Part shown: positions 1 to 9,301 of the stretch, piece by piece
Position numbering within the stretch: the stretch's first letter is position 1
Layout: the number at the start of each line of letters is the position of its first letter
NCBI GenBank assembly: GCA_965229435.1
Contig: CBDDJE010000005.1
Location: forward strand, 32,628-96,627
Direction: 5' to 3'
DNA: 64,000 nt
From: Longimicrobiales bacterium
GTDB taxonomy: Bacteria > Gemmatimonadota > Gemmatimonadetes > Longimicrobiales > Gaopeijiaceae
Notes under the pieces: model-generated
Told to the model about the DNA's origin: nothing
Seen by the model: only the letters and a program-made list of their open reading frames with translations
The model's database searches: none
Position numbers and translations under genes: made by a program

Positions 1-296
1 ACGGCGACGCTCCAGATCGAGCCGTGCATGGAGACGACGACACTCTCCCCGTCCGGTGACCAGGTGGGATACCAGGGCGTGGAGTTGACCGCGGGTGGCA
101 GATAGAAGTTGTGCATATAGGTGCCGCCCATCCGTGTGGCCGGGTATGACGCGAAGCGCTGCTGGGCGTCGATCACCGTCGGAGCGGGTAGCATCGTGGC
201 CAACAGGAAGACCCCCCATGTCGCGGAGACGCGCGTCGGCCCCGAGGGTCTGGAGGGCGCGCGTGTAGAGGGGGGTGTCCGTCGACCGTAGGTCAC
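1..296 (-). CDS. N-terminal fragment (gene runs off the window start) of a secreted PD40/TolB-like beta-propeller repeat protein. Start is GTG at 296, or ATG at 194.
   Basis: The reverse-strand translation reads ...RRTPPSTRAPSRPSGPTRVSATWGVFLLATMLPAPTVIDAQQRFASYPATRMGGTYMHNFYLPPAVNSTPWYPTWSPDGESVVVSMHGSIWSVA. It has a positively charged n-region followed by a hydrophobic signal-like segment, then a PD40-type motif (WSPDG...SIW). It is not in the ORF track because it is truncated. Confidence 0.4.
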   Translation of the reverse strand, partial: MTYGRRTPPSTRAPSRPSGPTRVSATWGVFLLATMLPAPTVIDAQQRFASYPATRMGGTYMHNFYLPPAVNSTPWYPTWSPDGESVVVSMHGSIWSVA

Positions 297-468
297 TTCG
301 TCCTCCGAAATCGTCGTATCCGTCGTCCGCCGCACCGCGGACTTCGAGGGCTGGGCAAGCTGAGGGGAGGGAGGACCGGGAACAAGAGCCCGAAAAAAGT
401 CCTGACTCTGCCACCGGACAGGACTATCTTGCTGAGCGTCAAACAGATCCAAGACGAGGGACCCCTCG

Positions 469-1815
469 ATGGCCTCCGTTCGCTCATCCGTGACGCTTCT
501 TCTGGCACTCCTGGCCGCGTCGGCGTGCACCTCCGCCACCGACCGTCTCAACGACGGGATCGCCCTGCAGTCCCAGGGCCGGTACATCCAGGCCGTCTAC
601 TCGTATGCCGACGCCTACGACCGCGATCGTGAGCTGCTCGAGGCCCGCGATCGACTCATGGCCGCGGGTGACTCGGCCGTAGCCATCGGCATGGACGAGG
701 CCGACCGTCTGGAGCGGCGTGGCGACCCGGTTGCCGCCGCAGCCGAGTACAGCCGCCTCGACGCCATGCTCCAGCGCGTTCGTCAGGTGGGGCTCCGCAT
801 CGACGTCCCCGCCGACTACTCTGCCATCCGGAGAGCGATCTTCGACACGGCCATCAACTGGCAGATGGTCCAGGGCGACGAGGCGACCGAAGAGGGACGC
901 TGGGAGGAGGCCCGCGCCTTTTACCGGGGCGCTCGGGGTGACTACCTCCCGTCACGGGACCAGGTCGAAGAGTCCGTCGAGGCGGAGACCCGACTTCTCC
1001 TCGACTGGGCCCGGGTGGAGCTGGACGATGGACATCCCCGACTGGCCTTCGAACTGGCTTCGGAGGCCGAGCAGGTTCGCTCGTCGCCGGCCCGCGGAAC
1101 CGTCCTGGCCGTCCGGGAAGTCCAGGAGGAGGCCCTGGAACGCGGCACCATCGTACTGGCGGTGGTTCCCGTCACGGCCGACCCCGGCGTCCGGGAGTGG
1201 CTCGGGGGCGAGTTCGAGGTAGCGCTGGACGAGGACCTCTCCGTCGACCATTGGACCCGGCCGCCTCTCTTCGTGGATATCGCCGACCCCCTCATCCTTC
1301 GGCGCGAGCTCCGGGGACTGCTGCGAGGTCAGGCCACCCAGTCGCCGCTCCTGGTCGGTCGCGCGCTGGATCTGGTCGGCGCCGACCTCGGAGTGATCAT
1401 CCGGCTGACCGGTATCGAGGTCGTAGAAGAGGATGTCGACCAGGACGACCACCAGGCGGTGGTGACGCGGACCGTCCGCGAAGGAGTCGCCCGACGTGCG
1501 GTGGCCGACACCGTGATCTACACCACTCTCCAGGGGGAGCTGAGCTACTACTTGGAGGCCGATGTCACCCTCGTCGATCCCGCCGGGCGTGAGGTCGATC
1601 GCTTCACGGCTTCAGCTCGACAGAGTGGACCGTTCCAGCGGAGCGAGTTCGACGGTGATCCTTCGGCTCTTGATCTGCCCCGGGGCCACGAGCCCTTCTT
1701 CGACCCTGCGGTCATCGCCAATCAGATGGCCAACATCGAGGGCGCGCTGATGGAGGAGCTCGCGGTCGCCATCGCCGCGGGCACCTACGACCAGGTGCTG
1801 GCAGGAATACGCTGA
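469..1815 (+). CDS. Hypothetical lipoprotein (448 aa).
   Basis: The N-terminus MASVRSSVTLLLALLAASAC has a lipobox (LAASAC). The rest is acidic and Ala/Arg-rich. I recognise no family. Confidence 0.6.
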   Translation: MASVRSSVTLLLALLAASACTSATDRLNDGIALQSQGRYIQAVYSYADAYDRDRELLEARDRLMAAGDSAVAIGMDEADRLERRGDPVAAAAEYSRLDAMLQRVRQVGLRIDVPADYSAIRRAIFDTAINWQMVQGDEATEEGRWEEARAFYRGARGDYLPSRDQVEESVEAETRLLLDWARVELDDGHPRLAFELASEAEQVRSSPARGTVLAVREVQEEALERGTIVLAVVPVTADPGVREWLGGEFEVALDEDLSVDHWTRPPLFVDIADPLILRRELRGLLRGQATQSPLLVGRALDLVGADLGVIIRLTGIEVVEEDVDQDDHQAVVTRTVREGVARRAVADTVIYTTLQGELSYYLEADVTLVDPAGREVDRFTASARQSGPFQRSEFDGDPSALDLPRGHEPFFDPAVIANQMANIEGALMEELAVAIAAGTYDQVLAGIR

Positions 1816-1870
1816 TCGAGGAGCCGGCGTCCGCCGCGGAGGATCGACGAGGCGCCGGACGGAGTCGCCC

Positions 1871-4042
1871 GTGGTGAAGGTATGGACAGCGAGGGCGGCG
1901 CCATTCTTGGGCGTCGCCCTCGCCTTCGTCGTGGTGGTCGGCGTCGTTCTCGCCGTCGACCTGACTCCCCGCGTGGAAAGCGACTTCTTCTTCGCCGAGG
2001 ACGACCCGCAGATGCAGGCGTCGCGGGAGGTCGCGCGACTGTTTCCTTCGTCGGACCAGGTCATCCTGCGGGTCGCCTTCAGCGGGGCCGATACCGGAGC
2101 GGCCCTCGCCGACACCGCCAATGTGCGCCGGGTCTCGGAACTCGCTGACGCCCTCCTGACGGTCCCGGGGGTGGAAAGCGCCTTCAGCGTCGCCACCGAT
2201 GATCCCACGACGCCCCTCTTTCGGCGGATCCTCGTCAATCCAGACCCGGCGGCCACGAACGTCATTCTCCAGGTCGACGAGTCGCCGCCGGAGATCCTCC
2301 TGCCGAGGCTCGAGGCGGTGGTGGCCGACTTCGAGGGACCCGCCGATGATGCCCCGGAGCTGGACATCGTCATCTCCGGCGTCCCCGTCATCGTGGAACT
2401 CATCCGCCGGAGCCTCTTTCGCGACCTGGTGGTCTTCAGCGGGGCGGCGGCGGCGGTCTTCGCGCTCCTCATGACGGCCATCTACCGGGATGCCGCAGTG
2501 GTGGTCGGCACTCTGGCCACCTGCTTCATCGCGGTGGGGCTCACGCTCCTCCTGGTCCAGGCGCTGGAGATCGGCATCGGGCTGTTGACAGCGAACCTCG
2601 TGACCATCGTCTTCGTCCTGACGCTGTCGCATGTCGTCTTCCTCACCGGGAACTGGCGACAGGTGGACACGCTGTCGGCCGCCGGGGATGGGGGCATGGC
2701 GGACGTGGTCGCGACCGTGAAGGCGACCCTCGAGGGCTCGTTCTGGAGCATGGCGACCACTTTCCTCGGCTTCGCTAGCCTCCTCGTCGCCTCAGCCCGA
2801 CCTTTGCGGGAGCTGGGCATCGCCGGCGTGGTGGGAGCGAGCACGGCGCTGGTGGTGGCGTACGTGGTATACCCGGCGTTTCTGGCGGGTTGGGCGCGAC
2901 CGGGCGGCTCGGTTGTGCAGGGTGGCGCCGGCGCTGCGGGGGGCGATGGGGATGCGGAGGGCGCAGGCAGTGCACCGATCGACAGCAGCGCCCGGCCCCA
3001 TCGCTGGATTCTCCCTTCGGCGGCCGTTGCCGTCCTGGCTGCCGGCGTGGGTGTCCTGCGCATCGACACCGACCCGGGTCTCCTCACCTACTTCCAGGAA
3101 GGATCCGAACTGCGGGAAGGTCTGTCCCTCATCGACGCCGACGGAGGGAGTAGTACGCTGGATCTCGTCGTCGCCGATCCCGAGGGTGCCCGGATCGACG
3201 ACCGTGAGGTCTTCCCCCGCCTCGACGATCTCCAGGCTGCGCTGGAAGTGGATCCGGCGGTTGGTGTCGTCCTGTCGCCGGCGGTGCTCATCGAGCACGC
3301 CCGCACCATCCCCCTCGCCGGCTTTCTCCCGGTGCCGACGCTCCTCGACCTGGCGTCGGGCGAGTCGATGGGCGGTGTCGCTCTCGGGTATGCCCCTCTG
3401 GACCGGAGTGTGGCTCGCTTCTCCCTGCGCATGCGGGAGCGCAACGAAGAGCCCCGCCACCTCGTCATGGATCGGCTCCGGGGCCACGTCGCCGACGCCG
3501 GTCTCGAGGCGAGGGTGGTGGCCGGCCTTTACGACCTCCAGGCCCAGTTGGGGCGCCTCATCGCGTCGAGCCTCCAGGTGGGGATCGGAGGACTTCTCCT
3601 GCTCTTCCTCGCCATTGCCTGGATCGTGTCGCGGTCCCTCCGCACGACGCTGGTGATGTGGCTGTGCCTGGGTGCGATCCCGGCGGTGACCCTCGGTCTC
3701 TTCGGCCACGTCGGCGTGGCCCTCGACCTCATCACTTCTCCGTCGGCGAACATCGCACTGGCCATCGGCGCCGACGCGATGATCCATCTCGTCGTGCGGC
3801 AACGGAGACTCAGGGCTGGAGGTGACGATACGCCCTGGGCCGGCGCAGTGGCCCAGATCGGGCCTCCGGTACTGGGCGCCACCACCATCGTTTGCGCTGG
3901 ATTCGGTATCTTCGCCCTTTCGTCGTTCCCACCCACTCAACGATTCGGCATGGCGGTCATCGTCGGGACGCTCACGGCCGCCGTGATGGCTCTGGCGATC
4001 CTACCCCGCTTGGCCCTGCTCACCGAGGCATCGGAGGCGTGA
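1871..4042 (+). CDS. MMPL/RND-superfamily exporter (HpnN-like, sterol-sensing-domain type transporter).
   Basis: 723 aa. Two blocks of about 6 TM helices are each preceded by a large soluble loop, the typical MMPL architecture. Membrane-protein composition. Confidence 0.7.
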   Translation: MVKVWTARAAPFLGVALAFVVVVGVVLAVDLTPRVESDFFFAEDDPQMQASREVARLFPSSDQVILRVAFSGADTGAALADTANVRRVSELADALLTVPGVESAFSVATDDPTTPLFRRILVNPDPAATNVILQVDESPPEILLPRLEAVVADFEGPADDAPELDIVISGVPVIVELIRRSLFRDLVVFSGAAAAVFALLMTAIYRDAAVVVGTLATCFIAVGLTLLLVQALEIGIGLLTANLVTIVFVLTLSHVVFLTGNWRQVDTLSAAGDGGMADVVATVKATLEGSFWSMATTFLGFASLLVASARPLRELGIAGVVGASTALVVAYVVYPAFLAGWARPGGSVVQGGAGAAGGDGDAEGAGSAPIDSSARPHRWILPSAAVAVLAAGVGVLRIDTDPGLLTYFQEGSELREGLSLIDADGGSSTLDLVVADPEGARIDDREVFPRLDDLQAALEVDPAVGVVLSPAVLIEHARTIPLAGFLPVPTLLDLASGESMGGVALGYAPLDRSVARFSLRMRERNEEPRHLVMDRLRGHVADAGLEARVVAGLYDLQAQLGRLIASSLQVGIGGLLLLFLAIAWIVSRSLRTTLVMWLCLGAIPAVTLGLFGHVGVALDLITSPSANIALAIGADAMIHLVVRQRRLRAGGDDTPWAGAVAQIGPPVLGATTIVCAGFGIFALSSFPPTQRFGMAVIVGTLTAAVMALAILPRLALLTEASEA

Positions 4043-4043
4043 C

Positions 4044-5525
4044 ATGAAGGAAGGAGGGACCGGACTCGAGCGCAGGCTCGGGCTCATGGGCCTCGCGGCG
4101 ACGGGCATCTGCTCTATGCTGGGAGCGGCGATCAACATCATCCCGTTCATGATCCAGCGGAACGTACCGGGCATCGGGCCCTACGTCCTGCCGGCTTACG
4201 TCTTCGCCGCAGTCCCGGCTCTCCTGGCGGCCCTGGCGTATGCTTCCTTGGCGTCGGCCATGCCCAGGGCAGGGGGGAGCTACGTCTTCGCCAGCCGCGG
4301 CCTCAATCCGTACCTCGGCTTCGTCGCCAGCTTCTCACAGTGGTTCGGCCTCTCGGTGGCCATCGGCGTCGTGTCGTACGTGATGATTCCCTTCATCCGG
4401 GACGTCGTGGCGGCGGTGGGGTGGGACGGGATGGCGGCGGCCCTCGATACGGGGCCCATCCGTGTCGGCTTGGCGCTGGCCTTCCTCTGGGGGTCGGTGT
4501 TCCTGAACATGCGAGGGGTGAAGGGCGTGGAGCGCGTCCTCGTGCCCCTCATGTTCCTGATGTTCATCCTCGGCGGCGTCGTCATCGTCACCGGTTTCCT
4601 CTTCGATCAGGCCGACTTCGCCGCCGGTCTGGCCCTGAGGGAAGGGGCGACGGTCCCGGTGGTGGAGGCCGAATTCAGTTGGGGAGGCTTCCTGGCCGCG
4701 TCCGCCATCCTGTTCTCGAGCTTCATCGGCTTCGACTCCATCGCCCAGGCCGGTGGCGAGGCGAAGGATCCCGGGCGGACGCTGCCTCTGGCCATCGGCA
4801 TTGCCGTCCTCACGGTGGGCACGTTCTACATGCTCTTCACTGCGGCCGTCTACAACACGGTGCCCTGGAGCTTCGTGGCCGAGCGTGCTCAGACGCAGGA
4901 CCTCACGGCGCCCGGGCTCCTCGGTTACGTCCTCGAGCCCCAGTGGACAGTGCTCATCGTGGCTGGGGCCGCCATCGCCCTCATCAACGACCTGCCTGCC
5001 ATGCTCCTGGCGGTGTCCCGTCTCATGTTCGCCTGGGCCGAGGACGGGGTCTTTCCCAAGGGCGTGTCGAAGGTCCATGCCCGGTGGCACACGCCCCATG
5101 TCGCCCTGGTCCTCAGCGGGCTCATGGCGACGGCCTCGATCCTCGGCAGCCACTTCGCAGGCGACTTCTTCCTCGGCGTGGATATCCTCGTCACGTCGAT
5201 GCTGGTCAACTTCGGGCTCATGTGCCTGACGGTCATCACGCTGCCAGGTCGCAATCCCGCGATCGCGAAGGACATGAAGGTCCTGTCGAACCGGGCCGTA
5301 CAGGTCCCCCTGGCGGCAGCGGGTGTTCTGCTTCTCGGTTTGTTCCTGGGCATTCATGTCTGGAAGGATCTCACCGCCGACGTGGGCGCGTGGTACTTCC
5401 ATTCGACGCCGCTCTGGATCGGAGTCATGACCCTGGCCACGGCCATCTACCTCCGCGAGGTCGGTCAGTTGAAGCGAGCCGGCGTGGACACCGACGCCCT
5501 CTTCGGCCAGCTCCCGCCCGAATGA
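4044..5525 (+). CDS. APC-family amino acid/polyamine permease.
   Basis: 493 aa with about 12 TM segments. The N-terminal region (GAAINIIPFMIQRNVPGIGPY ... GGSYVFASRGLNPYLGF) is typical of the amino-acid permease family. The start is 1 nt after the upstream stop. Confidence 0.8.
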   Translation: MKEGGTGLERRLGLMGLAATGICSMLGAAINIIPFMIQRNVPGIGPYVLPAYVFAAVPALLAALAYASLASAMPRAGGSYVFASRGLNPYLGFVASFSQWFGLSVAIGVVSYVMIPFIRDVVAAVGWDGMAAALDTGPIRVGLALAFLWGSVFLNMRGVKGVERVLVPLMFLMFILGGVVIVTGFLFDQADFAAGLALREGATVPVVEAEFSWGGFLAASAILFSSFIGFDSIAQAGGEAKDPGRTLPLAIGIAVLTVGTFYMLFTAAVYNTVPWSFVAERAQTQDLTAPGLLGYVLEPQWTVLIVAGAAIALINDLPAMLLAVSRLMFAWAEDGVFPKGVSKVHARWHTPHVALVLSGLMATASILGSHFAGDFFLGVDILVTSMLVNFGLMCLTVITLPGRNPAIAKDMKVLSNRAVQVPLAAAGVLLLGLFLGIHVWKDLTADVGAWYFHSTPLWIGVMTLATAIYLREVGQLKRAGVDTDALFGQLPPE

Positions 5526-5566
5526 GGCGGGCAGCGTGAGCGAGGGCGCGTGATGCGCGGGTTTCA

Positions 5567-7021
5567 GTGAGCGGCGTCGAGCGGATCGAGCTGGCGCCGG
5601 GCCTCGAGATCTCGCGGGTCCTAACCGGGCTGTGGCAGATCGCCGACATGGAGCGAGATGGCCAGACCGTCGATCTCGACGAGGGTGCCGACGAGATGAG
5701 CCGTTACGTCGAGGCGGGGCTCACCACCTTCGACATGGCCGACCACTACGGGTCGTCCGAGCTCATCGCCGGACGGTACACCACCCGGCACCCGGACGGT
5801 GCCGAGCTCCTCACGAAGTGGGTTCCCGAGCCGGGTCCGCGAAGCGCCGCCGACGTCCGCGCCGCCGTGGATAGGGCGCGGAATCGCATGGGACAGGAGA
5901 CCATCGATCTCCTCCAGTTCCACGCCTGGTCGTACACCGACCCGGCCTGGCTCGACTGCATCTTCCATCTCGACGACCTGCGGGCCGAAGGCGCCATCCA
6001 GGCGTTGGGCCTCACCAACACCGACACAGCGCACCTTCGCATGCTTCTCGACAGCGATGTGCCCATCGTATCGAACCAGGTGTGCTACTCGCTACTGGAT
6101 CGGCGGGCTGCAGGCGCCATGACGGAGCTCTGTCTGGAGCGGGGCGTGAAGATCCTGGCTTTCGGTGCCCTCGCGGGTGGATTCCTCACCGAGCGGTGGC
6201 TGGGAGCCCAGGAGCCGTCCATGGACGACCTGGGCACCTGGTCGCAGATGAAGTACAAGCGCTTCATCGACGCCGCCGGGGGTTGGGCGCCTTTCCAGGG
6301 TGTGCTCCAGGCGGTGTCGGCGGCGGCGGGGCGCCTCGAAGTGTCGATGGCCAATGTGGCCGTCCGCTACATGCTCGAGGCTCCGGCCGTGGGAGGGGTC
6401 ATCGTGGGAGCCCGTCTGGGTCGGAGCGCCCACATCGGGGACACCGTGGGGCTCTTCGACTTCGAGCTCGACGATCGCAGTCGTGTCGAGATCGAGGACG
6501 CGGTGGCCGGCCTCGACCCTATCCCCGGTGACTGCGGTGACGAGTACCGTCGACCGCCCTTCCTCACAGCCGCCGGCGACCTCAGCGACCACTTCGAGGC
6601 GATGCCTCCTCCGTATCCTGTGGAGGAGGGCCCGGGACCGGGCCGCTCCCGTGCGTTGAGTGGCACCGTCTGGGAAGATCTGGCGGGCTTCTCCCGGGCC
6701 ATCCGGAAGGGGAAGCGGATCTTCGTGTCGGGGACGACGGCGACGCACCGCGACCGGCTCATCGGGGGCGGGGACGCTGCCTCACAGGCGCACTTCTGCC
6801 TCGACAAGATCGAGGGCGCCATCCAGTCCCTCGGGGGCTCGCTGGACGATATCGTTCGGACGCGCATCTACGTCGCGCATCCGGGTATCGCCGAGGCCGT
6901 GTCCCGCGTCCACGGCGCCAGGCTCGGGCACCTCCAGCCGGCCAACACCCTGGTGCAGGCAGGCCTCATCGGTGACGGCTACCTCGTGGAGATGGAGGCC
7001 GAAGCCGTCGTCGACGGGTAG
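5567..7021 (+). CDS. Bifunctional fusion: N-terminal aldo/keto reductase domain plus C-terminal RidA/YjgF (Rid family) domain.
   Basis: Residues 1-~330 look like an AKR (TIM-barrel oxidoreductase signatures: ...FDMADHYGSSE..., ...QFHAWSY..., ...KILAFGALAGGFLT...). Residues ~360-484 (RIFVSGTTATHRDRLIGGGDAASQAHFCLDKIEGAIQSLGGSLDDIVRTRIYVAHPGIAEA...LVEMEAEAVV) match the YjgF/RidA fold. Confidence 0.75.
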   Translation: MSGVERIELAPGLEISRVLTGLWQIADMERDGQTVDLDEGADEMSRYVEAGLTTFDMADHYGSSELIAGRYTTRHPDGAELLTKWVPEPGPRSAADVRAAVDRARNRMGQETIDLLQFHAWSYTDPAWLDCIFHLDDLRAEGAIQALGLTNTDTAHLRMLLDSDVPIVSNQVCYSLLDRRAAGAMTELCLERGVKILAFGALAGGFLTERWLGAQEPSMDDLGTWSQMKYKRFIDAAGGWAPFQGVLQAVSAAAGRLEVSMANVAVRYMLEAPAVGGVIVGARLGRSAHIGDTVGLFDFELDDRSRVEIEDAVAGLDPIPGDCGDEYRRPPFLTAAGDLSDHFEAMPPPYPVEEGPGPGRSRALSGTVWEDLAGFSRAIRKGKRIFVSGTTATHRDRLIGGGDAASQAHFCLDKIEGAIQSLGGSLDDIVRTRIYVAHPGIAEAVSRVHGARLGHLQPANTLVQAGLIGDGYLVEMEAEAVVDG

Positions 7022-7072
7022 AGGAACCGGCGGGAGTCGCCACGGCCGGGTCTCTCCTGTACCTGCGCTCCG

Positions 7073-7348
7073 TCAGCCGCCTGCCCGCAGAAAGCGGCGA
7101 GCCAGTTGGGCTACGCGGTCTTCGCCTTCGTCTAGGGCACGTTCGAGGATGGCTTGGACGTGGTCCTTCAGCGCCGGGTCGCCCCACCGGTAGCCTGTGG
7201 CCAGCTCCGCGCTCCTGGAGTTCCCTTCGTCGGCGCCCTGAATGAGGGCCCAGGCGGCGGCTTCCTCGTAGTAGGGCGAGTCGGGGTCGGGGAGCCGGAA
7301 CTCGGGCTCTCGCTCGTGGTCGTCTTCTTTTACGAAGGCTCGTGACAT
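7073..7348 (-). CDS. Small acidic hypothetical protein (91 aa), translationally coupled to yhbY.
   Basis: ORF MSRAFVKEDDHEREPEF.... Its start is 1 nt after the yhbY stop. I recognise no family. Confidence 0.45.
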   Translation of the reverse strand: MSRAFVKEDDHEREPEFRLPDPDSPYYEEAAAWALIQGADEGNSRSAELATGYRWGDPALKDHVQAILERALDEGEDRVAQLARRFLRAGG

Positions 7349-7349
7349 T

Positions 7350-7658
7350 TCAGCCTCGGGAGCGGGGTAGCTCGATCGCCGGATCGTCGGGGTCCGGACG
7401 GTAGAGGACCACGGTCCGGCCGATGGTCTGGACGGGATGGACGTCCTCGAGGCCGTTGGAGATGGCGTCGGCCGCCTCCCGGACGTCGAGGGGCGCCGAC
7501 TCCAGGAGCTTCAGCTTGAGGAGCTCTCTCGTGTTGAAGGCGTCGCGGAGGGAGTCGAGGACCGCCTCGGTGACGCCGTCGTTGCCCACCAGGACCACGG
7601 GTTTGAGGTGGTGGGCCAGCTTGCGTAGATGGGCGCGTTGCTTCGAAGTCAGCGACAT
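7350..7658 (-). CDS. yhbY: YhbY/CRS1-type RNA-binding protein (CRM domain, ribosome assembly).
   Basis: MSLTSKQRAHLRKLAHHLKPVVLVGNDGVTEAVLDSLRDAFNTRELLKLKL... is the canonical YhbY signature. The start is taken at the internal Met because the upstream 21 codons look like noise. Confidence 0.75.
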   Translation of the reverse strand: MSLTSKQRAHLRKLAHHLKPVVLVGNDGVTEAVLDSLRDAFNTRELLKLKLLESAPLDVREAADAISNGLEDVHPVQTIGRTVVLYRPDPDDPAIELPRSRG

Positions 7659-7715
7659 GGTCTTCAGGGTGTCCTGCCGACGGTGGATTCGTCGGGTGTG
7701 AGAGGAAAGCGAAGC

Positions 7716-7730
7716 TGGCACGTTGCTTGC
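7716..7730 (+). promoter_or_regulatory. Candidate sigma-54 (RpoN) -24/-12 promoter, TGGCAC-N5-TTGC, oriented toward the gene at 7821.
   Basis: CTGGCACGTTGCTTGCC matches TGGCACG-N4-TTGC exactly. It sits about 90 nt upstream of the 7821 start codon. Confidence 0.4.
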
Positions 7731-7820
7731 CCTTTATCCAGCTACGTGTGCAGCGAACATGTCCAGCGTCGTCAAACGGGGGTGACGAACCGCGACAGGA
7801 TTACCGACGGGAGGTAGAAA

Positions 7821-8450
7821 ATGCGTGTCCGGGCCGAAACCCTACTCATCGCCGTGATGGCGATCTTCGCCATGACCGGTTGGCTGGCGGTGCACTTCAT
7901 CGAGAACGCCGGACCCGACTCCGTCACCGTCGGTCCACGGAAGGGCGATCCTGTCCCGCCGGACAATCCCATCGACGTGGGCCCCGCGCCGCAAGGCGCT
8001 GCCGCGTGGTTTCAGCAGGTCAGGGGATTCTGCAACCCCGTGGACGTCGAGACGCGCATGCGCTGGCAGCCGGCCCCGAGCACGGACGAAGGGCTGATGT
8101 ACGAAGCGGCCTGCTACGCACTGGCCGGCAAGATCGACCTCGCCCGGGCGTCCATCGAGGCCCTCCCTCCGGCCCGTCAGTACAGCGCCGCTGGCGTGGT
8201 ATTCAACGCAGGACACCCTGCCGCGGATGCCGGCGACGAACTGGCTGCCGGACCTCTGATGGAACTGGTCGTCGAGTTCTGGCCGAACCACTACATGGCC
8301 CTCTACCACGCCGGTTCAGCTGCCTACGAGAGGGGCGACTCCGAACGGGCGTTCGGATATCTCACCCGTTTCCTCGATCACTATGGCGTGGAAGACGGGT
8401 GGCGCTCCAACGCTCTCTCCATGCTGGACAGCATCCGCCGGGGGGGCTGA
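7821..8450 (+). CDS. Hypothetical membrane-anchored protein (209 aa).
   Basis: N-terminal TM helix (LLIAVMAIFAMTGWLAV) followed by a soluble, possibly TPR-like, domain. No recognised family. Confidence 0.5.
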   Translation: MRVRAETLLIAVMAIFAMTGWLAVHFIENAGPDSVTVGPRKGDPVPPDNPIDVGPAPQGAAAWFQQVRGFCNPVDVETRMRWQPAPSTDEGLMYEAACYALAGKIDLARASIEALPPARQYSAAGVVFNAGHPAADAGDELAAGPLMELVVEFWPNHYMALYHAGSAAYERGDSERAFGYLTRFLDHYGVEDGWRSNALSMLDSIRRGG

Positions 8451-8521
8451 CCAACCCTGGCGCCGGAGCCGCGGGCTCCCCAGCGCCTGCCAGCCGCGGG
8501 CTGCCCTGCACCTGCCCTGCC

Positions 8522-9112
8522 TTATCCGCCGGGCAGGCGCACCGTCAGGCCCACGCGACCCGTCGGGTCGACGGTCCATCCGGAGACGAGTTGCCGGACA
8601 CCTACACGCTCGTAGATGCCGCGCTCCCGGGACGTGGCCCAGGCGACGAGAGCGCCGACCGGCGCCCCCAGGAGTACGCCCATGCTCAGCCCGTAGTCGC
8701 TGGCGTTCTCGATGGTCGGGTCGGCCTGGGCCGAGATGATGCCGAAGGCGACCCCACCGAGGAATCCCAGTCCGGAGCCGATGACCATCCTCGGGGCCGA
8801 AGCCGGCTTCGTTCCGATGCGACGCTCCAGCGATTGGACGGTCCCCATGGGCACCGTGAAGTTGCGACCACCTCGCCTGAGCATGACGTGGCTGGGAGAG
8901 ACGTCCACTACTTCGGCGATGGCCACCTGGGTCACCGTGTGGGCGAACGACGAGGAGCCGTCGTAGCTCCAGCGGATCCGTACTTCGTCTCCGGGTTCTA
9001 TAGGCAGGGCCTGAGCCCGGACCTCGCCTGGCGAGATCGTCGGCACGGAGGCGAAGACGACGGCCGCCAGGAAGGTGCGCAGCGTCTGGCAGGCGATTCG
9101 CGAAGAGAACAT
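8522..9112 (-). CDS. Secreted glycine-zipper protein (196 aa), putative outer-membrane or periplasmic.
   Basis: Signal peptide MFSSRIACQTLRTFLAAVVFASVP.... The C-terminal half carries GxxxG glycine-zipper segments (GSGLGFLGGVAFGII, GLSMGVLLGAPVGALVAWA). It is the real gene inside a 609-aa shadow ORF. Confidence 0.55.
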   Translation of the reverse strand: MFSSRIACQTLRTFLAAVVFASVPTISPGEVRAQALPIEPGDEVRIRWSYDGSSSFAHTVTQVAIAEVVDVSPSHVMLRRGGRNFTVPMGTVQSLERRIGTKPASAPRMVIGSGLGFLGGVAFGIISAQADPTIENASDYGLSMGVLLGAPVGALVAWATSRERGIYERVGVRQLVSGWTVDPTGRVGLTVRLPGG

Positions 9113-9301
9113 GGTGCACCTCGTGTGGAGTCGGGATGTACCCGACGCTACCGAGGGCACCCAGGCGGTCGAATACGCCCCTATACGTATCGGTGCGGCA
9201 GCATGACGTAGACGTGCTCTGTGGTTCGGGAGGGCATGTCGGGGTAGGGGATGGCGTCCCATGTTGTCCGTCGGAATCGACCCAGCCGGAGCACACCGCC
9301 G

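Noticed and set aside
2792-5402. Several long antisense ORFs (2792-3940, 4335-5402 and others) over the MMPL and APC transporter genes
   Set aside because: High-GC shadow ORFs. The sense frames encode coherent TM proteins.
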